NCBI GenBank assembly: GCA_905478415.1
Contig: CAJQIG010000002.1
Coordinates: 314,699-378,698 of the forward strand
Length of the DNA stretch: 64,000 nt
DNA from: an uncultured Patescibacteria group bacterium
GTDB taxonomy: Bacteria > Patescibacteriota > Microgenomatia > UBA1400 > PJMF01
Direction of reading: 5' to 3'
Of this stretch, positions 49,053-58,996 are shown piece after piece (within the stretch, counting starts at the first letter, position 1; each line of letters begins with the position of its first letter). Below the pieces are notes generated by a model that was given only the letters and a program-made list of their open reading frames with translations, ran no database searches and was not told the DNA's origin. The position numbers and the translations under genes were made by a program.

Positions 49053-49493
49053 ATGACGTTTTTTCTAAAGTATTGGCCCAAAGTTGGGGCCGCAATTACT
49101 GGCACACTGATCATTGGTGCAGCCTTGTTTTTATTGGCTGTGATCGGTCATGTATCTTTGATCCCTGTAACATTCGTGAGCTCTTTGCCAATGGCAAAGG
49201 TGCTGACACTGTTGATTGCAGGCGCAATTGTGTATCTGTTTTTCATTGTTTTTGAGAAAGTCTTTATGGCTATTGGTTGTGGAGGTGATCTAGTTGCTTT
49301 AGTGGGTTTCCCGATTTCTATTTTAGGGTTGGGATATTTAGCACCAGGATTTTTATTTACTTTCACAGCACATTGGCTTTGGCAGGTTCTTTGGAGCATT
49401 TTGATTGCCAGTGCGGTTCATTACTCGGCTGCCATGTGGCGGCCGAAGGTGAAGATTGTAATTACTCGCACCCAAACATTTCAAAAAAAATAA
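49053..49493 (+). CDS. hypothetical multi-pass membrane protein
   Basis: 146 aa, about 4 TM segments; SD GAGGAG. Confidence 0.8.
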   Translation: MTFFLKYWPKVGAAITGTLIIGAALFLLAVIGHVSLIPVTFVSSLPMAKVLTLLIAGAIVYLFFIVFEKVFMAIGCGGDLVALVGFPISILGLGYLAPGFLFTFTAHWLWQVLWSILIASAVHYSAAMWRPKVKIVITRTQTFQKK

Positions 49494-49502
49494 TATGCAG
49501 TG

Positions 49503-49624
49503 AGAAAGGGCGGCCTGAGGCCGCTCTTTTTGCTTTAAACAAGAAAAAGACCAGGTCTAAAACCTGGTCTTCATTAAATGAACAGTTCAGAAAATAAAAG
49601 GCGGCTCTCAGAGCCGCCTTTCTA
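49503..49624. terminator. cluster of three terminator-like hairpins between convergent genes
   Basis: GGGCGGCC/GGCCGCTC; AAGACCAGGT/ACCTGGTCTT; AAAGGCGGCTC/GAGCCGCCTTT. Confidence 0.75.
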
Positions 49625-49644
49625 ATTAAAAAAATGTACTTTTT

Positions 49645-50688
49645 TTATCCTACCTTTGCCACCTGCTCAATCAGGCGATTACAGTAGCCCCATTCGTTAT
49701 CGTACCAGCTAATTACTTTGAGTAAATTGCCTCCGACAACATTAGTGAGTGAAAGGTCTACAATCGAGGATTCACTTCGTCCCACAATATCTGAAGAAAC
49801 TAAATCTTCGTGAGAAGCAGCTAAGATTCCTTGCCATTCTGGCTTCTGAGCTTCTTCCTCAAACATTGCATTGACCTCTTCGGGTGTGACATCTCGTTTG
49901 GTGACCATGACGATATCAGAAAGTGAGCCAACTGGAGTTGGTACACGAACGGCTAGCCCGTCGAAGGAGCCTCTAATTTCCGGAATGATTTCAGTTGTAG
50001 CGATCGCGGCTCCTGTGCTGGTTGGAATGATGTTCTCGGCTGCACTGCGAGCACGTCGCATGTCTCGGTGTGAGTTATCCTGCGTATTTTGATCATCAGT
50101 GTAGGAATGGATGGTGGTGAGGAACGCTTTTTCGATTCCATAGTGCTGAGAGATCAACTTAATAACCGGTGCCACGCAGTTGGTTGTACAAGATGCATTT
50201 GAAAAGACATGTGTTTTTTTCTCAAAGTTGTTAACACCCATCACACTAGTGCTGACCTGTCCACCTTTTGAAGGTGCACTGATAATGACATTTTTTGCAC
50301 CGCCCTCAAAGTGTTGAGCTGCTTTTTCTTCGGTTGTGAAAACACCAGTACTGTCGATTACTACATCCACACCATACTTGCCCCAAGGAATAAGTTTTGG
50401 ATCACGTTGGGCAGTGACGACAATGCGGCGGTCACCAATTTTGATGTTGCCAAGGACTGGATTACTGTTAGAAACATCAGCTTTAGACTGCTCTCTTTCG
50501 ATAGTAATTTCTTCGCCAAAGACACCATAGTTAGAATCATACTTTAGGAGGTGCACCCATTGTTCGATATCCATCGATCCAGAAGTATTGATCAACGTCA
50601 GCTGGCTCTCTTCGCGATGATTTTTCCACCAAACTCTGAGGCTGGTTCTACCAATTCTGCCGAAGCCATTAATACCAAATGTTTTCAT
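49645..50688 (-). CDS. gap: glyceraldehyde-3-phosphate dehydrogenase type I
   Basis: GINGFGRIGR, SNASCTTNC, WYDNEWGY. Confidence 0.98.
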   Translation of the reverse strand: MKTFGINGFGRIGRTSLRVWWKNHREESQLTLINTSGSMDIEQWVHLLKYDSNYGVFGEEITIEREQSKADVSNSNPVLGNIKIGDRRIVVTAQRDPKLIPWGKYGVDVVIDSTGVFTTEEKAAQHFEGGAKNVIISAPSKGGQVSTSVMGVNNFEKKTHVFSNASCTTNCVAPVIKLISQHYGIEKAFLTTIHSYTDDQNTQDNSHRDMRRARSAAENIIPTSTGAAIATTEIIPEIRGSFDGLAVRVPTPVGSLSDIVMVTKRDVTPEEVNAMFEEEAQKPEWQGILAASHEDLVSSDIVGRSESSIVDLSLTNVVGGNLLKVISWYDNEWGYCNRLIEQVAKVG

Positions 50689-50906
50689 AGGTTCCTTTCG
50701 TGTCACCGTATGCATATCAGTGCGACACCATAGTCAGTATAACGCACCTTTTTTCTTCAGAGAAGGGAAAGAACTATAAAAACTACTATTTGCAATTAGC
50801 AGAGGGACTATTAGAGTGATAAAAAGAGCCGGATGCTGTTTTTTACGCTGCACCCGGCTAAATTGATTCTCTTATATACTATTTGAGTATCTTTGATATG
50901 TTTTGA

Positions 50907-51647
50907 CTATGCCATTTCTGTACTGACTTCGTTAGAAACGTAGGTGCCAATGTCTTCACCTTCGACCGCATTGATGAGGTTATCACCATTGAAGAGTTCG
51001 AAGACCATGACTGGCATATTGTTATCTTTCGACATGGCTAGAGCGGCAGTATCCATAACTTGCACACCATCCATCTCGATTGCATCTTTGAAACTAATTG
51101 TTTTATAGCGTTTGGCGTCGTCGTGTTGAGCTGGGTCTTTGTCATAGATACCATCAACTTTGGTAGCTTTCATGAGCACATCACACTTGAGTTCGAGTGC
51201 ATGGAGTGATGCTCCAGTATCGGTGGTGACGTAAGGAACACCTGTTCCAGCTCCGAGGATAACGACTCTGCCCTTTTCCATGTGGCGGATAGCTTTTCGG
51301 CGAACGAAACTTTCGGCAACGGCCGGCATTTGGAGTGCAGATTGCAGACGAGTGGGAACGCCGACTTTTTCGAGTGCGTCCTGAAGGGCAAGGCCGTTCA
51401 TAACGGTGGCCATCATGCCCATGTAGTCAGCGGTGGCTCGATCGATACCATTTTTTGATCCTGCAATTCCGCGGAAGATGTTGCCTCCGCCGATCACAAC
51501 AGCGATCTCAATATGACGAGTATAAATTTCTTTGATTTTTTCTGCGACGGCGAGTGCCGATTGTGGATCGATTCCATACGGACGATCTCCAAGCATTGAT
51601 TCCCCTCCAACTTTGAGTAGAATTCGCTTAAAACGTGGTGATGCCAT
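50907..51647 (-). CDS. pyrH: UMP kinase
   Basis: KRILLKVGGE, GGGNIFRG, ADYMGMMAT, TTDT, VMDTAA. Confidence 0.97.
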   Translation of the reverse strand: MASPRFKRILLKVGGESMLGDRPYGIDPQSALAVAEKIKEIYTRHIEIAVVIGGGNIFRGIAGSKNGIDRATADYMGMMATVMNGLALQDALEKVGVPTRLQSALQMPAVAESFVRRKAIRHMEKGRVVILGAGTGVPYVTTDTGASLHALELKCDVLMKATKVDGIYDKDPAQHDDAKRYKTISFKDAIEMDGVQVMDTAALAMSKDNNMPVMVFELFNGDNLINAVEGEDIGTYVSNEVSTEMA

Positions 51648-51697
51648 ACTTTCCTCCTTTTTGTTAAAAAAAACCCAACACTGTGGCTGGGTATGCA

Positions 51698-52729
51698 TTA
51701 TATATGTAGTTTAGCCTTAAGTCTAAGCCACTTCCAGCGAAGTGTGTCTGCAAATTGAAATATTCCGTAGAGTTGTGGGTTGGTGACAAGATCGTAGGTT
51801 CCTAAAAATTCGACGAGGTTTCCTCCATATCCCTTTTTGAATTTGTGAAAGCCGTACCAAGAACTTTTCTTGTTTGGTTCAGGTCCTAAGCTTCCCCACA
51901 TATCAAAATGAGTACAGCCGTTGTCTTTGCCAAAACGAATCATTTCCCACATTAAGAGATTGCTTGCCATAACGTCACGATGTTCTCTGCGACTGGCGCC
52001 ATAGGGGTAGTACAGCACGCCATTGTGGATGAACATAATCCAAGAGACCAAGATGTTGCCTTGGTAGACGGCGTTAAAAATTCGCATCATACCCGTGTCG
52101 CCTAGTTTTGCGTACATATTTTTGAAATATGTTTCGTTATGTGCGTAAAATCCTTGACGAGATGTTGTTTCCTTGAGAATTTCGAGGTACTGTTCGAGTC
52201 CTTCTTGGCTGGTGTTTTCGAATATTTGGACACCTTTTTTGACAGCCAGATTGACGTTGTAGCGGGTTTTGCTTTTTAAGTTTTCGAATAATTTTTCTTC
52301 CGAAGGTTTGAGGTCAAGCAGGAAGGAATGTTTGGTAAAGAGTGCTCTGCCTGGTTGGGCGCCATTTTCGAGTAGAAATTTATGAATGTGAGAGTGAGCT
52401 GAAGGGGTACCAACTTTTTGAGCAATATTGGGTTCCATCTTGATAAAGAGCGCGTTGTTATTTTGAGCAAGTTCTTTGAGTGCAGAAATTTGGTTGCCAT
52501 CAGGCATATCTCCTTTTGGGAAGTAGCCAGCATTTTGACCAAGAACTGGAATTGGGTGAAAGGTAACTTGGAGGCCTTTTTTGATGGTGCCATTTTCAAA
52601 GAACCCAAGCCGCTCAACTTTGACGCCCGTTTCTTTGCGGAACTCACCCCACTCCCAGGTTTGGAGTGGATGGTTAACCACAGCGTTGTAGAGGTCTTTT
52701 TCTTCGGGGCGAATTTCTCGGATAATCAT
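51698..52729 (-). CDS. FemABX family peptidoglycan bridge peptidyltransferase
   Basis: HPLQTWEWGEF, KTRYNV, YPYGAS, FKKGYGG. Confidence 0.9.
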   Translation of the reverse strand: MIIREIRPEEKDLYNAVVNHPLQTWEWGEFRKETGVKVERLGFFENGTIKKGLQVTFHPIPVLGQNAGYFPKGDMPDGNQISALKELAQNNNALFIKMEPNIAQKVGTPSAHSHIHKFLLENGAQPGRALFTKHSFLLDLKPSEEKLFENLKSKTRYNVNLAVKKGVQIFENTSQEGLEQYLEILKETTSRQGFYAHNETYFKNMYAKLGDTGMMRIFNAVYQGNILVSWIMFIHNGVLYYPYGASRREHRDVMASNLLMWEMIRFGKDNGCTHFDMWGSLGPEPNKKSSWYGFHKFKKGYGGNLVEFLGTYDLVTNPQLYGIFQFADTLRWKWLRLKAKLHI

Positions 52730-52786
52730 GCTACCCGTTATTATATAAATAATAAGTAGAGATAGCTAGTGATGATCTGAAACTTT

Positions 52787-54751
52787 TTAGAAGTCGATAA
52801 GGGCATCGATATCAATTTCCCCACTCAGGACTCCTTCGACCATATCGTCATCGACGGGAACCACGCGACGTTTCTCGGTGTAGCCTGACTTTGAGTTTTG
52901 TTGCTGTGGTGAGTTCGAAGAATAATAGTTGGTTTTAGATTTGTAGCTGGTAGAGCCGCCACCAAAAAATTCCATCAGGGTTGGGGTGATGTCACTAATA
53001 AAGCGACTGCGGATGGCGCTGGTGGTGTTGCCATATTGAAAACGACTGCGGGCGTGAGTCAGATATAGTTTTTGTTTAGCTCGAGTGATACCAACATAAC
53101 AAAGGCGGCGCTCTTCTTCCATTTGTTCAGCGTCAAAAAGTGAGCGGGAATGTGGCAGTAGTCCATCTTCCATGCCGGCCATGCAGACAACTGAAAATTC
53201 AAGTCCTTTGGCAGCGTGGAGACTCATCAGATTGACGCTATTTTCTTCTTTAGCGATGGCATCCATCAGATAGTCATTTTGAATCAGGGCAACATTTTCT
53301 AAAAATTGATGTGGAGTTTCAAATTGCGTGGCTACATTTAAAAGTTCCTGAATATTTCCCAGCCGTTGCATGTTTTCTTCAGTTTCTTTTGCATACTTAG
53401 ATTGGTAGTCAGTCACTTCCAGAATTGTTTTGAGGAGTTCGGCTGCTGGTTGGGCAGTTAGTTCTTCTGGATTTTGTTTTTCGTTCCATTTAGTAAGTGT
53501 AGCCAGCCGACGTTTGCCCAGTTTCTCAGCGCGAGTTTTACTGACGCTGTCATTTTGATTGAGCACATATCTCAGATAGGCAATGATGTCTTTGACTTCA
53601 GTTCGTTCATAAAATTTTGTACCGCCGATAAGGCGATACGGAATGCCTGCATTAATAAGGGCTTCTTCAAACTCGCGAGACTGCGCATTGGTGCGATACA
53701 AAATTGCCATGTCTGTATACTCAATTTGTTTTTTTCGATTGTCTCTAATGTAGGAGACGACTGTTTTTGCCTCTTCTCTGCCCCCATCGGCTTCAAAGCA
53801 AGTAATCAATTCGCCAGCTTCTTTTTCTGTCCACAGTTTCAAAATAGGATGAGAAGTATTGAGAGAAATAACGTCTGTAGCAGCGTCTAAGATATTTTGT
53901 TTTGAACGATAATTTTGTTCGAGACGGTACTCAGTGATACCGCCGAAGTCTTTTTTCAGCTGCATCATGTTTTTATAGTTGGCACCGCGCCAAGCATAGA
54001 TACTTTGACTAAAGTCACCAACCACATAGATATTATTTTGTGGGGCGGCTAAAATTTTTGAAAGTTGGTATTGAACGGTATTGGTATCCTGGTACTCATC
54101 GATAAGAACGTGGAGGAAAAGCCGCTGATATTTTTCTCTGATAGTGGCGTTGTTTTGTAAAAGTTTGAGGGTTTTTAAAAGTAGGTCGTCAAAGTCAACT
54201 GCCTGGGCTTTAATCAGTTCGGCTTCATAAATAGTGTAGAGTTTGGCTACAAAAGTTTGGAAGGCTCCGGTTGCAAATTCGTGATACTCTTTGGGACTGA
54301 CAATTTCATTTTTGGCATTTGAGATTGCAGCAAGAGCTGCTTTTGGATTGAACTCGGCTTTATCAAAACCATGACTTTTATAAATATTTTTTACCAGTTG
54401 GTGTTGGTCATTGGCGTCATAGATAACAAAGTTGGGATCGAGACCGATGTAGTGGCCATCAATTCTGAGTATTTTGGCGCAGAGGCTGTGAAAGGTACCT
54501 GAATACGGTAGCCGACTACCCGTTGCTTGTTGGATTCGGTCTTTAATTTCACCAGCGGCTTTGTTAGTAAAAGTAACTACTAAAATTTGATGTGGTTGAA
54601 TGCCTTTTTCTTCGATTAACCAAGCCACACGTGTGGTGAGGACCGTGGTTTTTCCAGACCCTGCACCTGCCAAAACCATAGCGGGACCTTCTTTGTGGAG
54701 GACTGCTTGTTGTTGTTCTGGATTGAGGTGATCTATAAGCGTGCTAGACAT
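52787..54751 (-). CDS. pcrA: ATP-dependent DNA helicase PcrA/UvrD
   Basis: AGAGSGKT, TFTNKAA, DEYQDTN, LEQNYRS, HAAKGLEF, EERRLCYVGITRA. Confidence 0.95.
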   Translation of the reverse strand: MSSTLIDHLNPEQQQAVLHKEGPAMVLAGAGSGKTTVLTTRVAWLIEEKGIQPHQILVVTFTNKAAGEIKDRIQQATGSRLPYSGTFHSLCAKILRIDGHYIGLDPNFVIYDANDQHQLVKNIYKSHGFDKAEFNPKAALAAISNAKNEIVSPKEYHEFATGAFQTFVAKLYTIYEAELIKAQAVDFDDLLLKTLKLLQNNATIREKYQRLFLHVLIDEYQDTNTVQYQLSKILAAPQNNIYVVGDFSQSIYAWRGANYKNMMQLKKDFGGITEYRLEQNYRSKQNILDAATDVISLNTSHPILKLWTEKEAGELITCFEADGGREEAKTVVSYIRDNRKKQIEYTDMAILYRTNAQSREFEEALINAGIPYRLIGGTKFYERTEVKDIIAYLRYVLNQNDSVSKTRAEKLGKRRLATLTKWNEKQNPEELTAQPAAELLKTILEVTDYQSKYAKETEENMQRLGNIQELLNVATQFETPHQFLENVALIQNDYLMDAIAKEENSVNLMSLHAAKGLEFSVVCMAGMEDGLLPHSRSLFDAEQMEEERRLCYVGITRAKQKLYLTHARSRFQYGNTTSAIRSRFISDITPTLMEFFGGGSTSYKSKTNYYSSNSPQQQNSKSGYTEKRRVVPVDDDMVEGVLSGEIDIDALIDF

Positions 54752-54905
54752 GACGAAACACATACTAGCATGAGTTGGAGGGATTGTTGAGGATGGGTTT
54801 TGATTAACAGTAATATAGTACAAAAAATAAAAAGAGAGGTCAGTGTAAAAAATAATTTCACTATTACTATTACCCAGCTCTTTTGCCTGGTATAATAAGT
54901 TTCTT

Positions 54906-56108
54906 GTGTTAAAAAAAGATGCGCAACATTTCTACAAAAACAACCTGCGGTGGCTCTATGCGATAGAGTTTTTTAGTTCGCTCTATTTTTTAATTCCTGT
55001 CTGGGTATCGATGGAGTTACAGCACATTTCGTTGTCTCAACTCACCTTGGTTGAAGTAATTATCTTTGGAAGTCAGTTGTTGCTCGAGTTGCCAACGGGA
55101 GCATTTGCTGATTTATTGGGGAAACGTCCAACTGTATTTTTGGGAAACCTGATCACCGCTCTAGGGATGGTCGCTTTTGGGTTTGCAACCTCATTTGAAA
55201 CATTTATTGTCAGTGCCAGCTTAATCGGTCTTGGCGCAGCTTTAACTTCCGGTGCTAAGGAAGCACTTTTGTATGACACGCTCAAGCAAGTTGGTAAAGA
55301 GGATACTTTTGATGATGTAGCTAGTCGACAAAATGTGGTTTTCCAATCGGGAATGGCTGTTGCCACATTACTAGGTGGTTTTTTGTGGATGGTAGATTAT
55401 AAATTGCCTGCGGTCTTAAGTGGGGTGGGTGTTTTTATTAGTGCGCTGCTGACCTTACTTGTCATTGAACCTTCAATTGATACAGAAACATTTACTCTAA
55501 AAAACTACATCAAACAGACGAAAGAAGGATTTGGAGAAGTTTTTAAAACAGTTTACAGTACTAAGCTTTCTCTTTTTTATGCGTTGGTGGGCGGGATTAC
55601 CTTTTCGGCCAGTGTGGTATTTTCAAAATTAGTCTTTGTTGAGATGGCGTACACAGAATCTCAAATGGGTGTCTTTTTTGCCACTGCTCGAATTTTTAAT
55701 AGTTTGTTGTTGTTCTGGCTTATCTCCAAAACGAAACTACTTTCATTTAAGAAGGCAGTGTTTCTTTTTGCTGTGTTAGTTCCAGTAGTGTTTTTGCCCG
55801 GTTTACTATTTAACAAATTTTTAGTTATTCCCTTTGTGTTAAGTATGATGTGGTTGGGTTCTGCCAGATGGGTGTTGTTGGGGAAGTATACAAATAAGGT
55901 TTTTTCTTCAAAAAATAGAGCTACGGCTATTTCATCTTTAAGTATGATGGTTGGATTGTTATATATTGGTATTATGTTAGTTTCTGGACCAATAATGGAG
56001 TATTTTGGCGGAGTTACCGTATTGATTTCACTGATTGGTTTGTTAAGTTTGATAACCATCCTCCCAATGGGAGTCTCACTTGCCTCTCAGTCCCCTTCTC
56101 AAGAATAA
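54906..56108 (+). CDS. MFS transporter
   Basis: About 12 TM segments; ELPTGAFADLLGKR, SGAKEALLYD, RATAIS. Confidence 0.9.
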   Translation: MLKKDAQHFYKNNLRWLYAIEFFSSLYFLIPVWVSMELQHISLSQLTLVEVIIFGSQLLLELPTGAFADLLGKRPTVFLGNLITALGMVAFGFATSFETFIVSASLIGLGAALTSGAKEALLYDTLKQVGKEDTFDDVASRQNVVFQSGMAVATLLGGFLWMVDYKLPAVLSGVGVFISALLTLLVIEPSIDTETFTLKNYIKQTKEGFGEVFKTVYSTKLSLFYALVGGITFSASVVFSKLVFVEMAYTESQMGVFFATARIFNSLLLFWLISKTKLLSFKKAVFLFAVLVPVVFLPGLLFNKFLVIPFVLSMMWLGSARWVLLGKYTNKVFSSKNRATAISSLSMMVGLLYIGIMLVSGPIMEYFGGVTVLISLIGLLSLITILPMGVSLASQSPSQE

Positions 56109-56130
56109 CCTTTTCGTTTATGATGAGGGC

Positions 56131-56817
56131 ATGAAAAAACTTGTCATTGCTAACTGGAAGTCACACAAAAATCTCACTACAATTGAAGAATGGATGGATG
56201 TTTTCATCAGTAAATTGGGCAAAAGCCTGATCCCGGGGAAGGTTGACATTTCAATCGCTCCTTCTGCTCCATTCCTATCACCTGTTGCCAATGATCTTGA
56301 TCATGGAGTCACGATATCTTCACAAGATGTCAGCCCATTTCCACCCGGAAAATATACGGGTGCAAGCAATGCCAAACAGTTGGCAAGCTTGGGAGTGAAG
56401 TATGCGATAGTGGGTCACAGCGAGCGTCGTCGGTACTTTCATGAAGATCATGCAGTTGTTGCCAATAAAGTTACACAATGTCTTGAAGCTGGAATTACGC
56501 CAGTTGTGTGTGTCGATGACGAATATATTGCAGCTCAAGCAGCGGCTATTACCCCAGAAGAGGCTGGTCGTTGTGTTGTCGCCTACGAAGCCCTCTCAGC
56601 AATTGGAACGGGGAATAACATGGACGTAGCTCATGTGGCAGAAGTCACTGCCGACATTAAAGAATTATTTGGTCCAGTTCCTGTGTTATACGGTGGAAGT
56701 GTTTCAGCTGAGAATGTGGCTGAGTACAAAGCTGTTTCAGATGGTTGGCTGGTTGGTACGGCTTCGCTAGAAGTCGACGATTTTATGGCTCTTGTTACTG
56801 TTGTGGCAGGTTTTTAA
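56131..56817 (+). CDS. tpiA: triosephosphate isomerase
   Basis: ANWK, VGHSERR, VAYE..SAIGTG, LYGGSV, DGWLVG. Confidence 0.95.
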   Translation: MKKLVIANWKSHKNLTTIEEWMDVFISKLGKSLIPGKVDISIAPSAPFLSPVANDLDHGVTISSQDVSPFPPGKYTGASNAKQLASLGVKYAIVGHSERRRYFHEDHAVVANKVTQCLEAGITPVVCVDDEYIAAQAAAITPEEAGRCVVAYEALSAIGTGNNMDVAHVAEVTADIKELFGPVPVLYGGSVSAENVAEYKAVSDGWLVGTASLEVDDFMALVTVVAGF

Positions 56818-56821
56818 GCTA

Positions 56822-57208
56822 ATGGTAGTAGAACAAGCTGCTTTCGATTTGAAAGATTCTCGACCAGTTGTTAAAACTCGCGACCAAGCTGACCCTGCGT
56901 TTTTGGCAGAAATCTTTGCTATAAATCCCCAATTTTTTAGAGAAGACCAAAGAGCTGACGTGATAGAGCTGGAGGAAATTGAGGCACGGTTGCCTCTCGA
57001 AAAAAAGACGCTCATGGATTTGAAAAACAACCTTTTCGTCGAAGGTGAATTAATTGGTGTTGGCGGTACATTTCAACCTTTCTCTAAAGATAAAAATGCA
57101 AACCTAATTACAATACAAGAGGATATGCTCAGTGGTCTAGAAATAAGAATTACTTTTTTAAAAAGGGTAATAAAAAACAGACAAGAAATTTTAGATGCAG
57201 CTGTGTAA
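56822..57208 (+). CDS. hypothetical protein
   Basis: 128 aa open frame starting 4 nt after tpiA. Confidence 0.65.
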   Translation: MVVEQAAFDLKDSRPVVKTRDQADPAFLAEIFAINPQFFREDQRADVIELEEIEARLPLEKKTLMDLKNNLFVEGELIGVGGTFQPFSKDKNANLITIQEDMLSGLEIRITFLKRVIKNRQEILDAAV

Positions 57209-57211
57209 TCT

Positions 57212-58996
57212 TTAGCGAATTCGTTCAAATATGGTGTAGTTTGGCGTTGCTTTTACAGCTCTGTACCCTTCTTTGAAGAGGTCACTTGAAGAATCAAAAT
57301 GGTCTTTTTCGAATGGTCCAAGAACGATGTAGCTGACATTGTACCGGTCTAAAATGTCGGTGTACTGAGGGTTGGCATATAACAATTGTATATCTCTTTC
57401 CTGATCGTAGTAGTCATAGCCATGGGTCCAAAGCCAACCAGTGTAGGTGGCGACGGCTTGTCGACCTGTTAAGTTAAAGAGCCACTGATTGTGGTAGGTG
57501 CCAGTCATCCAGATACTGTCAGGGCTGGTGTTTGTCTTTGTCCATTCTACTAATTCAATTTCTTCGGCTGAATACATTTGAAAGCTTTGTTCTTTCGAAA
57601 GCAGTGCCCGATAGGTATCTAAGAAACCGGAAAAGGTAATAAAGACCAACGTCAGTACAACCAAGGGTTTGAGCAGCCAGTGTTTCTTCCATAGAAATAG
57701 TAAAAAGATAGCGGTTAAGTATGAAAATCCTAGTGATGCCCAGACTAAAATTTTAGTGTTGTCCCAGACAAATGGTTGAAACAAAAACAGGTTTACGAGC
57801 ACAAAAAGCACAAAGAATGGTATATAGGTAAGAAACGTTGCTCGTTTTTGTTTTGACTGTACTATTTCGACAACGAACCCAAAAAAGCTCAAAAGAGGAA
57901 CAATAGTCCAGTTTTTAAACCAAAATGAAAGGAGTGTCTCGTCAGGATAGTCATTCCCCGCATACCAACCCGGATACCACTTAATAAATGAGCCAGAAAT
58001 ATTACTTTGGATAAATATTTTAATCAGTGGCAGTGCAATCACAGCCACAATACCTACAAAGGTGAGCCAAGAGACACTTTTTTCTTTAAGATTCTGCCAG
58101 TTTTTACTGGTAACTAGATCAGCAAGCATCCAGAAAAATAGAATTACAAATAAGGCTAAAAATGAATGAGTGTGAATAATGGGCATGACTCCCAAAATAG
58201 CAGCCGTTGCAAAGAATAGTGTCGAATTTTTAGTTGGAGTTGGTGGCACAAAACGTTTCAAGAAAGTGATTTTTTTCGACACTTTTTTGACGATCATTTG
58301 CCAGCGCGATTCTTTTTCTTGTGAGAATTTGAATATAAAAGTGAGCAAGAGTAACGCGATTGGAAATCCAACAGTAAACGCCCTTTGGGGTATGACCATA
58401 CTATTGATAACAGAAATCCATCGGTAATGCTTATCTTCTATATTGGTGTATTTTCGTGGAGGAGTAAGGGCAGTTTCAATTTGGTTGGGGCTTTCGGCAA
58501 TATCAGAAAAATAGTACATGAAGCCACTACCACCATTCAGCAAAAAGATGATGCTTGCCAGAATGGCTATGGCACCAGATTTCGATAGCAGTTTGTAGAA
58601 CACAAACAGTGTTACCACCAATAAAAAAGAAAATAAGAAACTCGGCAAAATGAAGGCCATAAAAAAATTAAAGTTGAGCCGAATTAAGATTGCTGAAAGC
58701 ATATCCGCTACAAACGGATAACTAAACGGTGCATCAAGTAAAAAAGGACTAGAATCAAGAATCAATCCTCTTTCAGCCATAGCAGAACCCATGGTGAAGT
58801 GGGCTGCCCAGTCACCCCAAAGGTTGATGTGTTGTGCAGAAATACCACCGACTTCGTTGGTGACAAATGAGTTTGACCAAAAGATAAAGAAGTAAAGAAG
58901 CCATGCTAAAAAATAACAGATGAGAGCTGCGTATTTCAGGAAGGACCAAAAGTAAGATCCATTGAGTGAACGATTATTCTTCCACCAGTGTTGCAT
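57212..58996 (-). CDS. polytopic membrane protein, probable GT-C glycosyltransferase
   Basis: First loop WGDWAAH, YPF, many TM segments, C-terminal soluble domain LTGR...YNVSYIVLG. Confidence 0.7.
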   Translation of the reverse strand: MQHWWKNNRSLNGSYFWSFLKYAALICYFLAWLLYFFIFWSNSFVTNEVGGISAQHINLWGDWAAHFTMGSAMAERGLILDSSPFLLDAPFSYPFVADMLSAILIRLNFNFFMAFILPSFLFSFLLVVTLFVFYKLLSKSGAIAILASIIFLLNGGSGFMYYFSDIAESPNQIETALTPPRKYTNIEDKHYRWISVINSMVIPQRAFTVGFPIALLLLTFIFKFSQEKESRWQMIVKKVSKKITFLKRFVPPTPTKNSTLFFATAAILGVMPIIHTHSFLALFVILFFWMLADLVTSKNWQNLKEKSVSWLTFVGIVAVIALPLIKIFIQSNISGSFIKWYPGWYAGNDYPDETLLSFWFKNWTIVPLLSFFGFVVEIVQSKQKRATFLTYIPFFVLFVLVNLFLFQPFVWDNTKILVWASLGFSYLTAIFLLFLWKKHWLLKPLVVLTLVFITFSGFLDTYRALLSKEQSFQMYSAEEIELVEWTKTNTSPDSIWMTGTYHNQWLFNLTGRQAVATYTGWLWTHGYDYYDQERDIQLLYANPQYTDILDRYNVSYIVLGPFEKDHFDSSSDLFKEGYRAVKATPNYTIFERIR

